Shown one piece after another: positions 10,384 to 22,780 of a stretch of DNA of 64,000 nt (positions within the stretch are counted from its first letter, which is position 1; each line of letters opens with the position of its first letter). The stretch comes from Takakia lepidozioides (Eukaryota; Plantae; Bryophyta). The notes beneath the pieces are model-generated. The model was not told the origin of the DNA. It saw nothing but the letters and a program-made list of their open reading frames with translations, and made no database searches. Both the position numbers and the translations under genes were made by a program. The stretch is from NCBI GenBank assembly GCA_030704615.1, contig CM060732.1:32984001-33048000 (forward strand), written 5' to 3'.

Positions 10384-13300
10384 TCATGAAATAGCAGCCC
10401 CCCTCCCTGCTACTGGCCCCACGATATTCACAGTATTCCCAGCTTCAGTTGCACTACTTCTCACACTCCTTGTCCCCCCAGAGCCAGATCCAGGCAGCCC
10501 GCCTGATCCCCCTGAGCCGACACCTTCGTTGGCCTGTGATCCAAGTGCTCCACTTGATCCAGGTCCAACGGGTTGGGATGTCCTGGTTGTAGTCTCAACC
10601 TCAGCTATTGGGTCTACTTCTTCATACTCTTCCTCTTCCAATTTCTTCTCTCTGTTTTCATCCTCCAAGTTATGCCCTTGGGTTTCTTCTTCACTCATGT
10701 AACTCAACTGCAATGGTGTTGGAGAGTCTGAACTCTCCGTTGGCTCTGCCACATCCTCTCCTCCTTCTTCACCTTCCGCTTCAGAAACTGGAGTTCCTGC
10801 TTTTGGTGTTCCATGCCAACTCTTATCAAAGATTTCTGTCAAATCTTTTATCCAAGGATGTACCTCAGATCTTTCACCTCGTGATTGATCTTCTTCCCGT
10901 ACCAATTCCCTTAATCTTTCTTGCAAAGAAACAGAAGGAGTGGCATCCAACTCTAGTTCTTCCGGTATGGGTGATGTACTCTCTGATCTTAATGGTGTGA
11001 GAGGTCCAGATGATTCCCCTATGTCTATTCCTCTCTCCCAAAGATATGGATAATTAGCTTTCAGATAGCTTTCTCTTTTTGCTGAATATCTCTGGCGTCT
11101 AGCTTCTCTTTCATCACTCATGTCCCATGTCTTTCATTTCTTTTTAATGTGGCAATAACCAAAACTCTCTTCTGTAATATCTCTCGTATATGCCTGGGTT
11201 TCTTTCAAGCTTCAATGCACCCTTGGCTATACTTGAAGTCTCCGTTACCATATAACCATATGGCAAACAAGTCTGGAAAGCTGTTCTTGGTGTGAGTTTG
11301 ATCCACAAAATATCCTTTGGAATCCAATTCTTTACCAGTACAAGCTCTTCATGCATATGAGTATAAACATTCACCTTTCTTTCCTCCCAGCCTTCAAACT
11401 CTACTCGCTTAATGGATAGCAATGCTATCACATAAACCAATGTTGGTAACAACGTGCTCTTCCTCTACAAGCCACCTGATAAATCTTTATCACTCCTTTC
11501 TCCAGACCCCACTCTGGGTCAGCATCATGCACTCTCTTAAGAATGTTTTCTTTACAACCGTCTGGCAATTCCAAAAACCTCTGGAAGAATCGTTTGGACA
11601 ATCTTTCTTTCTCAGTTTCACAAGGAATTTGATTCACATCAAATTCTTTAATTCTCCAACCACCATGATCCCACCAGATGCCTGTCACATCTGGTTGTTC
11701 ATGACCCAGTTCCCCAGTATGGTCGCCAAATGTCGCGTGACTTTTACTCATCCATCCCTTCGCTATCCGAGGCGGAAACTCCAAGATAGAAGAGTTGGAA
11801 ATCTCTAAGCACTCAGCCCGCTCAGAACAATCAGTCATGACCTACAGCTAGTGTATCATGAGGGTGTTTCCTATTTGTTTTCCTTCCCGCATTCATGTTA
11901 GCTAGTTACCTTACTGTTGGTAATTAAGTATTAGTTTGCTTCAGCAATCTATCGGATTCCATCAACTCATCCATTCATTCCACAGCTTCACTCAGATCTC
12001 TCTACACAGTGTGAGTATGAAGTGTGTATCAGATTAATATCTATCAAGTATCAGGCTGAAGCCATGGAGTCTCTAATCTACTCTACATTACAATTCTACT
12101 GCTTGCATTCATTAAGCATCAACAGATCATCCTCCTCCTACTCCGTGCTCTCCCTCTTTCTGCTCAGAGATACGTTCTCTGCCTCATTTCCCCAGTGATG
12201 TCCGAAGTCCCCCAAGAAGTGCTCCCCCACTCCTTCCAGCAGTGATTCCCCAAGAAGTGATCTTTTTTCAGTCCTCGCTCCTCGCTTTATCTTCCTACCC
12301 GTTGTTCTAACCGTTTCCCTCACTAACCGTCACCCGTGAACTAACATGTTCCATTCGCAGATGTTGTTCCCCACAGTCGTTCCCTGTCCTGCTATCTGTT
12401 CCCTATGGTCGTGACAGCTGTGTCAAGCTGTGACTGGCTGTGCGACTATGTTGGACTGTGTCAGCTGTGTCGAGCTGTGACTGGCTGTGTCGGCTGTGTC
12501 GGCTGTGTCGGACTGTGACGGGCTGTGTTGGCTGTGACGAGCTGTGTCGGACTGTGACGGGCTGTGTGGGCTGGGACGAGCTGTGTTGGCTGTGACGGGC
12601 TGTGTCGGATTGTGACGAGCTGTGTTGGCTGTGACGGGCTGTGTCGGACTGTGACGGGCTGTGTAACCCCCCCTAAAGTGCGCTGCTGTCACCCCTAAGG
12701 CTCCTGTTGGTCTCAGTCTGTGCAAAACTAAGGGTACCCCACAGATCCCGTAAAAGTGTCTAAGTCCCAGACAGTCCTCTAACAGGCATGTAGTGTGCAA
12801 AGAAGGGGGCATAGATCCCCTTCTAGTTAACTCCTAAATTGTTCCTTACCCAAATATACACTTACTGCCCTATGACTCACACCACAGGTAATTACTTCTA
12901 CTCTATTCATGATCAGAGATTGGGTACCCTCATCCACGCCGCAGCGGAAGAGAAGACATGGACAGGGGTTGAGAAGTTTCTCTAATTTATAACTTGGCTC
13001 ATTTATAAACAGGGTATTGCATATGCCAGGGTTATGTTTCCTAAATGTTTCAACACATACATTATCACAAAATCCGGTTAGCCAACACCCATGAAGGGCA
13101 ATCCCTTGATAATACTGGCAGGCCAATTCCATGAAATACACATCAAGTTTTGTGGTCACTGGTTCAACTACAACCAGCTCCGGGTTTTCCACACACATAG
13201 CCTCACTTTGATGATCCACCATTCCTCTTTCAAGATCTCTTTTCCCCATCCCTTTGCATCAAGGACATATGACACTTTCAACCCTCTCAATCCCTTCTTG

Positions 13301-14700
13301 CAGATACAAATGGGCTACCAATAATCACCCTCGAGTGATCTTCTCTGTTGCAGGCCTCAGCCCCTGCATGCTTCTAAGTATATCATACAATCTGCAGCCA
13401 ACAGGTTTACTTCCACTTGATTCATTCTCTCTGAAAATGCTACTGCCTAACCTAATTATATGCATGTTGCCCTCATTGTAAGTCATGGGCACTTCTTCTT
13501 TACTCTCCCTCATTCACATCCTCCCAAAACATGAAGCATCCTATGTTAAGAACTGACTTCCCAACTTCTTGCAGCACTCCACATAACTTCCACCCTGCCT
13601 CACTTTCTCTCTACCACCAGGACTGGTATGAATTCCAGAAGTCTCCATTCCATTTTCCAAAATCTTTTTCTGTCTCTCTCATTTCCATTGAGAGTATCTC
13701 TACCAAAATTCCATAGCAACTATTCCTAAGTGAGAGAAGCCACTATTCCTAAGTGAGAGAAGAGATGAATCTACGAACTTATCTGTCTTATACTCCAGTG
13801 AAGCGGTGGGTCTGAAGCGGTGGGTCTGCCTGCCCAAAATGGTACCTCACCATCTCCATCAGCAGCTACCTTAACTCCTCTTGTCGTCTTGATTCCAGCG
13901 TTCATTAAAGTCATGACGACTCTGCTTCAGCCTATGGCAACATCCTTGTAGTTTGCCAACTAACTACCCTATCTTACTATATGAGCAATTCTATCCTAAG
14001 ATCTGATATGATCCTATAACAAGAAGACAGTGATCATCTGAAAGTTTTAATTACAGATAACCTGAGTTACCATCCACACAAGCCAGCCTCTCATTCGCTT
14101 TGGCAGCTGCTCGCTGTGTCGAGCTGCTCTATCTCTCCATTGATTGTGCCACAACTCCAATTCCCTGTTCTCTGGCAGCTGGTTGCTTCCCTTGCATGCT
14201 CATCCTCCCATGACCATGTTCATCAAGGCAATGGCGGCACAGGTGTTGCACCGCTCTCCCTGTAAGCTTATCCTCCAAAAACTGATCATTACCAAGAAGA
14301 AGGCGGCACCGTTTCCCCTGCTGCACAGAATACCAAGCTGTGCCCTTTATCGCTTCTCTTAATGCAAGCCAGAATGCGCCAGTGCAGATGCAATTTCCCT
14401 TGACACAATGCCCTGCCAATTCCACTGTTCGCAGCATCTGCTCAGAGTGCCCGTCATCTTCCCTTTCGTCTTCCTCGACCCGTGTTTCTAGGGTAATCAC
14501 CAGCGATGAAAGACATTCATCCTATGGATGAAAACACGCCTGGTCACAACTTAGTCACTTTCATCCTGGCAAAGTATCAGCATAGTGTGCCCATGAAACA
14601 ACCTGTAGGCAGGGATATATTCCGCCCATCATTGGTACCATGGCACTCCCTTTGTAGCAATGCAGAATCTTAGTGGGTAAAACAAAAATTTAATGTTACT
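10384..14700 (-). mobile_element. Probable truncated LTR-retroelement 5' portion (LTR-like region, repeat-rich leader, small ORFs, acidic/Gly-rich gag-leader-like ORF 10384-11121)
   Basis: Intronless minus-strand ORFs 11428-11838, 11144-11452 and 10384-11121. An LTR-end-like GGGGGGGTTACA on the minus strand at 12662 is followed by a tandem repeat. No RT or integrase domain is seen and boundaries are uncertain. Confidence 0.4.
12417..12662. repeat. Short-period (9-10 bp) tandem repeat GCTGTGTCG/GCTGTGACG variants
   Basis: Directly visible array: gctgtgtcggactgtgacgggctgtgttggctgtgacga... Confidence 0.9.
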
Positions 14701-15322
14701 CCCCTGCATTCACACTACAGGCATGCTAGGGTTAGGCATTGCTTTAACTTCTCTTCCTCGTAGTTTCGACCCTCTCATTAGGCCAAGACCTTTCCGTAGG
14801 TGGAGGCAAGAGTCAGTCCGGGTTTGGGCTGGGGTGTCATTGCAGGAGCAACACCGTGGAGTTGTTTTTGGTGTGGGGGAGTTGTCGTTCTGATTTCTTG
14901 TGTTTGGATCCCCTCCATACCTGCATGCTTGACTGTGCGCCATGCTAGTTTTGTGTGGGCGCTTGTTTTTATAGGTGATTGGTCCGGATTTGATCACCGG
15001 CCAGTCCTAGAGCATGCTGTCAATGGTGAGGCTGGGGTGATGACCAGCCAGACCATCATTGTTTCTCCTATGGTGAGGTTGGAGGTGATGACCAGCCAAC
15101 CATAGGAGTGCTTGCGGTGGATGCAGGTACAAGTGTAGGCTATGTTAGGAACTTAGTATTCCAAACCCTAAGCCGCAACAGGTTCTCTACCCGGTTACCT
15201 TGTGGAGAGGGGGTTAGGGACATGTTCATGACCGGTTGAGTGTCAACACGGAGGTGCCACTAGTTGCTGGGGACAGTGCCGGTTCGAGCACTAGCAATAC
15301 TAGTGGGTACACGAGATGAGGT

Positions 15323-16919
15323 GTGCGGTTTAGGCCACCTTCACCTCCTGTGCCTTCTACGGAAGGTTCTGATTTGGATTGTGAATCAGGAGGACTCATA
15401 CCGGCAGTGCAAGTTGTTTCCTTGCCATTGTTGTGGGACACAATGGAGGAGATGTATGGAGCTACCAAGGGGCTACGGAGGTACTCTGGGGCGGTGGGCA
15501 CCATCGAGTTGGATGATTTTATCCAAGAGTTTGATAGTTGGTGTGATTTGCAGCAAATGCGCAATCCACAACTATTTACGCCTTTCATGGCATGGAAGGG
15601 GGTTGTTTCAGCACCTTGAGGGGCCGCCTATGGATGACTACCATGAGTTCAGGCGGAGGCATGAGGTTGAGATCGAGGAGTGGAGGATGTACTGGTCACC
15701 CGACTATCTCCATCACTAGGGGCACTAGAGCCACGAGGGCAGTGGCTACACCTGCCGCTGCACCGGCAGCTTCAGCAAGTAGCAGAGGGACTAGTGGGAC
15801 TGGTGGTACACTAGCTACGACGTCCACCCAGCCACTACCGCACCAGCACTAGTACCCGTCCCTGCCTTCAACCCTGTTGTGGAGTTCTTCGAAGAGTTGA
15901 GAGGGAACTACCAAGGGGTGAGGACGGAGAAGTTGCGGAGCTTGCAAGAGTTCCAACAGAAGCCGACCGAGAGCTTGAGGAAGGCTTTCACTTGCATGAG
16001 GCGCTTGATAAATGTAACCCAAGGGGTTACGGAAGCTCAGGCAGTCCAATTCTGGTATGGGATATTGGACAAGGAGCTGAGGAGAAGGGTGCGGGATGCA
16101 ACTCTCCTACAAGCGGCCCAACCCACCTTAGCAAATGTGTTTTTGTTGGCAGAGCGGATAGAGCTCAACGTGGTGGAGGAACGAGTGGTCATGGTGGGAT
16201 TTGCTAAGGAGACGCCACGGGGTAGTGGTGCTCCTAGCCAACCACTACCTCAACGTGCTCAAGGCAACAAAGGGGCTCAGGTGAAGCTCAGGGAAGGGCG
16301 GAGAGGACCTCAGATGTAGGGGTCTCTCCCTTCATTTGCTGGCCAACAACGGGCGGATGTGGTGTGCTGGACATGTGGAGGACCCCATGTCAAGAAGGAT
16401 TGCCTAGAGGGAGGCAAAGGGCCGGCACATGCACAGCCTGCACAGTTGCAGTGTGGGCATTGTGGCAAGCACGGGCATGGAGAGGCCCAGTGTTATGGTT
16501 TGCATCCTGAGTTACGCCCAGGCCAGTTCCAAGGGAACAATGGTGGCCGGGGGCGAGGTGGAGCAGCCCAGAGAGGACGAGGTGGCTAGCCACGAGGTGC
16601 AGGCCAAGGGCAAGCTCAACATGGCCAAGGACGCGGAGGTCAGGGTGTTGACCAAGGCATGGCCAACCGGCTTCAGCAGCTAGAGAAGAGGCTCGGTGCC
16701 ATGGCGACAGCTCAGGTGGTACCGGCTCTAAGGCCGGATGGTCCACCTCCTGCTCCTGAGGGAGGAGATATGGGAGGCATGGGATTCATGTGTGGAGCAG
16801 CACTACCACTAGTGCAGGTGGAGTCTGCTACAGCCGTGACTCGAGGAGCAGCACGAGTTCCTGAGCCACGAGGTGCAGAGGTGGAGTTGGATGCACAGCG
16901 TGGGGAGGCAAGCCATTAG
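15323..16919 (+). pseudogene. gag: Gag with two zinc knuckles (frameshifted)
   Basis: YSGAVGTIELDDFIQEFDSWCD; LRSLQEFQQKPTESLRKAF; CWTCGGPHVKKDC and CGHCGKHGHGEAQC. Confidence 0.8.
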
Positions 16920-17301
16920 GCTAGGCTTCCTCAGTCGTTCACATTGACGGAGACAGTGTCGACGCCATCCATGGCACCTAGTTCTCGCCCGACTGTTACC
17001 GAGGCGGAGGTTACTATGCCATTGGGGAGAGCTACACGGGTAGCAGTACTACCTAGTATTGCCAAGGCTACGGTAGCTAGTGTGCTGCTAGGAGCGGCCA
17101 CATCTGTGTGCCAGGCTCCATTGTTCTCGGCTACCATGATTGCGACGCTGGGGGTAAGACCAGCTGAGGTGTTCAGGCTGGCAGCTACACTCTGTGAGAG
17201 TGGGGAGGTTACTTCATCTTCTGCGGAGATAGTGGGAGGTGTAGTGTCAGAGGGATCCTCGGATTTGAGGGTCAAGACTGCCACGGCGGCGCCATGGCAA
17301 G

Positions 17302-17754
17302 TTGCAGCTGCCAGCTAGGCCAGCCATTGAGCGCGCCATGGTTACACCTGGAGTTGTCATATTAGACAACCAGGATGACATTTTCTGTTTGAGTGGACCG
17401 GCAGGCAAGAGGTACCGGCCACTGCGGGTCTTGTTGGACTCGGGAGCTCAGCCATTGATGCTGGGCAGAGCTGCTATTGCAGGCTTGGGCCTCACGGAGG
17501 CGGATATGGAGCCTTGTCCTTTCCAGATACAGACGTCTCTGGGAGGATCGGAGCAGGCTCGGGGCATGACATGGTGTGAGTTGGCTATCAGACTACGGCC
17601 GGATCACCCTACAGATGGCTCAGTAATGCGAACCAAGGCCATTGTGACAGACGCGGTCTCGTACGATGTCCTGGTTGGTGGGGCAGTGTTGTACCCCATG
17701 GGCTTCACCCTAGATTTTTGGGAGGAGTCAGCTTCCTATAGGCCTGGATGGTAG
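17302..17754 (+). pseudogene. Retropepsin-like aspartic protease
   Basis: RVLLDSGAQPLMLG...YDVLVGGAVLYPMGFTLDF. Confidence 0.85.
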
Positions 17755-18135
17755 TCAGGGGAGGGCCGGTGTATGCAGCTCCCTGTGATGTTCATAGGAG
17801 GAGTTGCGGTTGCCCAACGAGGCAAGATGCCGACACTAGCAGCATTCACAGCGGCAGTGAATTGGCCTGGAGAGTTGCTTGAGGGCAATGCTCATTTAGA
17901 GGATGTGCCACCTCTGGGAGAGCAGGATGACATGTATGGTATGGCGGAGTTACCTACCATGGTTTCTCAGACTCCATTGTGGAGCACGAGCAAGGATTTG
18001 CAGTGGGATGCTGATAGACGGGTGCAACAAGCCTGGGTGGAGGCTTTTGTACCGTCAAGAGAGGAGGAGAGTGCGGGGATTGCACCAGGACCACCTCAGT
18101 TGTCTCCATTGGACACCACACCTATTGTGTGGTAG

Positions 18136-19080
18136 TATCCGGATGAAGAAATTTGTCTTCTGGACTTGTTTGGCGGGATCAGCACCGAATTGGCTGCTGT
18201 GTTATAGGCAGGTGTACGAGTTTGGCGTTACCTGTATGTGGAGAGGGATGAGACTGCACGACACGTTTCACTTTGCCATGTTGTTCAGTTGGTGCAGCAG
18301 TACCCTGAGTTGTTGTCGGTGTCTGCAATTCGTGGATATCAGCAGGCCTTGCCAGCAGACATTTCGTTGCTGGGGGCGCAGGATTTGGAGCGGGTTGGCT
18401 CCATTGATCTGGTAGTGGCAGGTTGGCCCTGCCAAGGGCATTCATCATCCGGGCATGGCAATGGATTGCGAGACTCGCGGTCGAGTCTGTTTTGGGAGAT
18501 GGTGCGGGTTTTGCGCCACTTACAGCTTCATCAAGCTGTATCTCCAGCATACATCTTGGAGAATGTGCCACTGATGGATGATTCTCGGGCCAGGGTGATG
18601 GTCAGTGTGCATCAAGTCCGGTCGTGGCTTGGGTCAACAGTGTTGGTAGATGTAGCTACAGTGGGGTCACGGGCTCATCGTCCACGGCTATGGTGGACTA
18701 ACTTGATGCCACCCGCACTGCTCAAGCGTGCATTTGATGGGGTGCAGCGGCCAGCACATCTCACAGTGGATAGCATTCTGGACACAGGGAGACAGTCTCA
18801 GCGTGTGAGACACGATGACCATTCGCCTTTGGCAGTGGTCAACAAGGTGGGTCAACCACGAGCAACATTACCTACACTGCTCAGCTTCCCAGGATCGCAT
18901 GTTTTCCGGGATAGTGGACCTGGCCTCCTGTGGGATGCTCAGTTGCAGCAGTTAGTGGAGCCTAATGCTGACGAGTGTGAGCGGGCAATGGGTTTAACCA
19001 CTGGTACCACGGCGGTGTCGTCTCTTTCTGAGGCATCACGTCGTCAAGTGTTGGGGTAAGCAATGGATCTCAATTGCTTG
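18136..19080 (+). pseudogene. C5 cytosine DNA methyltransferase domain (DNMT3-like) embedded in pol
   Basis: Motif I LLDLFGGI; II YVERD; IV IDLVVAGWPCQG (catalytic Cys intact); RSSLFWEMVRVL; VI YILENV; VIII AHRPRLWWTNL; IX-X ERAMGL...RRQVLG*AMD. In-frame stops near 18205 and at 19057. Confidence 0.93.
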
Positions 19081-19521
19081 ACCGGGATTATCAGCTTAGC
19101 TATGGCTGAGCAACGCAGAGTGCGGAGTACACTTCCCTCGATGGTCTCTCTGCCTACCGAGACGGTACAGGCAGTGAGTGGGGGCGAGCATGTGAGGACC
19201 ACGGGGTACATGCATCCATGGCACACATGGGAGGTGCTCGAGGTTCAGAGGGAGTTGGCAACCAAGGTGGCGATGAAAGATGAGGTTGGGGATTTCTCTC
19301 GGGTGGAGGAAGTCCTTGAGGATGAGATGATGGGGCAGGATGAGGCCTTATCACTGACTAAGCAGGTAGGGAGTACTGCTCAAGAGGTTGCAACATAGCA
19401 ACCACTGGACGCGTCCTCTACCTCTAAGCCCACTGGACTTAAGGTTGCAGTTACGGAGGACAATTGGGAGCCTGACATTGGACCCATTGTCACCGGAGGA
19501 GAGAGACGACGTATATGGCGG

Positions 19522-20890
19522 TTGCTGAGGGCTTATAGGAATTGCTTTGCTTTCAGTTTGAAGGACTTGGGAGCACTGAAGGGTCAAGAGATCCGTATTG
19601 AGTTGGCCACTGACACGCCAATCTTTCGGAGACCCTATAGAAACAGTGACATGGAGAGGTCTTTGATTCAGATGAGGACTCAAGATCTCTGGGAGGCAGG
19701 TTTGGTGGAGCTCTCTGGTGGAGAGTATGCTTCAGCCACAGTGATGCCAGCCAAGAAGGATGTCTATGGCAATTGGACGGAGAGACGTATGTGCGGTGAT
19801 TACGGGCCTGTAAATCGTCAGATCAAGTCCGATAAGTATGCCATGCCAACACCAGAGGAGATCTTTGATGCCATCGGGCATGCTAAGGTCTTTAGCACTT
19901 TGGATTTACGATCCGGATATCACCAGTTGCCAATCAAGGAGGCGGACAAGCAGAAGACGACATTCTGGGGGATCAATGAGCACGGCAAGGATTGCCTATA
20001 TCAGTGGCAGTTCTTACCATTTGGCTTAAGAATGCTCCTGCAGAGTTTCAGAGAGTCATGGATAGGATTCTAGCAGGGGTGGACTTTGCTCGGTGCTACA
20101 TAGATGACATCATCATCTTTAGTGTTACGATGGAGGAGCATGAGAGACACCTTCAGGTGGTATTGGAGCGCTTGAGAGCGCACGGATTGAAGTTGCACCG
20201 GGAAGTGCAAGTTTTTCCACAACCAGATTGAGTATCTGGGTCACATGATATATCCTGGAGGATTGGGGGTACAACAGACTAAGGTAGAGGCCATTGCACA
20301 AATTCCACGCCCCACGGATGTGAGCCGAGTTCGAGCTTTCATGTGGTTGGCAAACTATTATAGAGGTTTGTCAAGGGATTTAGTACCATTGCAAAGGCTC
20401 TAACCAAGCTGACCAAGGTGGACCAGGAGTGGCAGTGGGAAGATGAGCAGGAACGAGCTTTTCAAGAGCTCAAGGTGAGGTTGACCTCGATGCCTATCCT
20501 GCGACGACCTATCAGGGGGCGTCCCTTTCAGCTGCATACGGATTGAAGCATGTTGGGGCTTGGAGCGGTGCTCACACAGGTGGATGATGAGGGAAGAGAG
20601 TTCGTAGTGGCTTATGCTAGCCGCTCAAACAACGCTGCAGAGGCTAAGTACAGCTCATATGAGGGAGAGTGCTTAGCTGCAGTGTGGGCCGTGGCACACT
20701 TCAGGTGCTATCTATACGACAATCTTTCACCCTTGTCACGGATCACCAGCCACTCAAGTGGTTGATGGAGTCAGACAAGCTTACGGGGAAGCTTGCACGG
20801 TGGGCACTCATACTCCAGGAGTATGACTTTCAGGTTGTGCATCGACCGGGTTTGGTCAATCGGGATGCGGATGGATTGAGTCGCAATCCA
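19522..20890 (+). pseudogene. Reverse transcriptase and RNase H (frameshifted)
   Basis: RRMCGDYGPVN, FSTLDLRSGYHQ, PFGLKNAPAEFQR, CYIDDIIIFS; [37 protein letters not shown]. Confidence 0.95.
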
Positions 20891-21199
20891 TGCATGAGCC
20901 AGCAAAATGACACTGGAGCTCGGTGGCATGGTGAGACGGACGAGGAGATGGTGCCGGGATGGCATGCATCTGCATTTTTGTGTATCTTGGCATCGGGAGG
21001 TTAGGTTGGACCTACAACAGGGATGACTGTAGACGGAGTGTCTGAGGACCCTGAGGCTAGTGATGAGCCAGTGGTGCCAGAGATATACATGAGGATTCGG
21101 CTGTGTTGGACTACCTCCGCACGGAGACACGGCAGCCACTGTGACTGCCAGGGAGAGGGATCGGATCCTGCAACGAGCCAAGAGGTTCAAGTGGGAGGG

Positions 21200-22521
21200 G
21201 AACACCTACTTCGAGTGTGGGAGGATGGTCGGGTGAGGATTGTGCCTCACCCCACACAGCGTGCACGGTTAGTGCGGCATGCCCATGAGGAGTTGGGGCA
21301 TTTTGGAGTGCGACGCACTCACAGTTTACTGCAGGGGCAGTATTGATGGCGTGGTATGCATACAGAGGTGCAACAGTTTGTGGCTAGGTGCATGGTGTGT
21401 GACAGGGTGCGTGCTTCATTCAACACCCCTACACCACAGTTGCATCATTTACCAATCATGGGATTGGGCTACAGGTGGAGTCTTGACTTCGCAGGACCGT
21501 TGCCACTTACTATGCGCCACCACAAATATGTGTTGGTGATGGTGGAGCACTTCTCCAAGTGGATTGAGTTGGTTCCATTGCCTGACAAGGCTAGTGAGGG
21601 GGCTGCGTATGCATTCTTGGATTGTATGCTTAGCCAATTTGGTGCTCCAGCTGAGGTACTCACGACAAGGGAGAGAGTTCTTGGGGAGTTTCAGGCTTTG
21701 TGTGATAAAGCCTTGATAGACCACCGCACCACTTCTCGGGATCATCCTGAGGCCGATGGCTTGGCAGAGAGAGTTGTTCAGACGGTGAAGAGGGGTTTGC
21801 GCAAGTATGGCTTGCAGAAGGGACACCTAGGAGATTGGGATCTTCAGGTTCCTTGGTTAGCCATGGACTACAGGTTCAGCAAACAAACATCACTTGCCTC
21901 CTTCTCACCATATTTCCTTCTCTTTGGCCGAGAGCCGGATCTACATGCAGCCATTCGTAGGGACACTGCTCAAGTCCTTAACCTTGACGATCCGGACATG
22001 TGGGTACGTGCATGTGATCAGCGTGCAGAGTTGTTCAAGAAAGTCGTGCCCATGGCTTTTGAGAACCTTGCCATTGCGCAGCACCGTGCTACGTTGAGGT
22101 ATGCCACTATACGTGGTGGAGGATATCGTCCTGGGGTTCGGAGGTTTAGCCCTGGTGACTATGTTATTTGCAGCAGACTGCTCCTACGACTCTGGATGTT
22201 ACTGCAGGGCGTGTTATTCTGAGGGTTCGAGAGGTGTTGCCCTCAGGGGTCCTGATCTTGGAGGGTCGGGATGGCATGACTTAGAAGGACTATGTGCGTA
22301 ATTATGCGCCATGTCACCTTCCCAATGTCGATGGCAGAGTTGACCCAAACTTGGCAATGGTACCTGCAGGTTTGAGGTGCATGCTCTGTGGGTCTGCCAA
22401 AGGGTCTGCCACCATGCTGGTGTGTGATCGATGCTCAAGGGGTTGGCATATGGGATGCTTGACACCACCTCTTGAGAAGGTTCTTGACGGAGATTGGTTG
22501 TGTCCACACTGCTTGGGATAG
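21200..22521 (+). pseudogene. Integrase (HHCC and rve core) with C-terminal PHD finger (22378-22512)
   Basis: HEELGHFG...CMVC, WSLDFAGPLP, DGLAERVVQTVK; CMLCGSAKGSATMLVCDRCSRGWHMGCLTPPLEKVLDGDWLCPHC fits the C4-H-C3 PHD pattern. Confidence 0.92.
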
Positions 22522-22780
22522 TGGCAGTGGACATGACTGGAGGCAGCTAACAAGACATGGGAGGCCAAGCTCATAGGAGTCAATACATGAGATCCCAAGC
22601 TCAAGTTCACAGGTTGTAAGACGGCGACTAACGATGGGGCAACTTTTGCACCCGGTCTCTTGATCTATCGAGTTTGAGTGTAATAGGGATAGTGGTGGAG
22701 GACTTAGTGAGGCTATGGTCACTATCACATCTTGTGGCTACCTGGACTTAGAGGGACCTAAGCACCAGCTAGGGGGCGAT

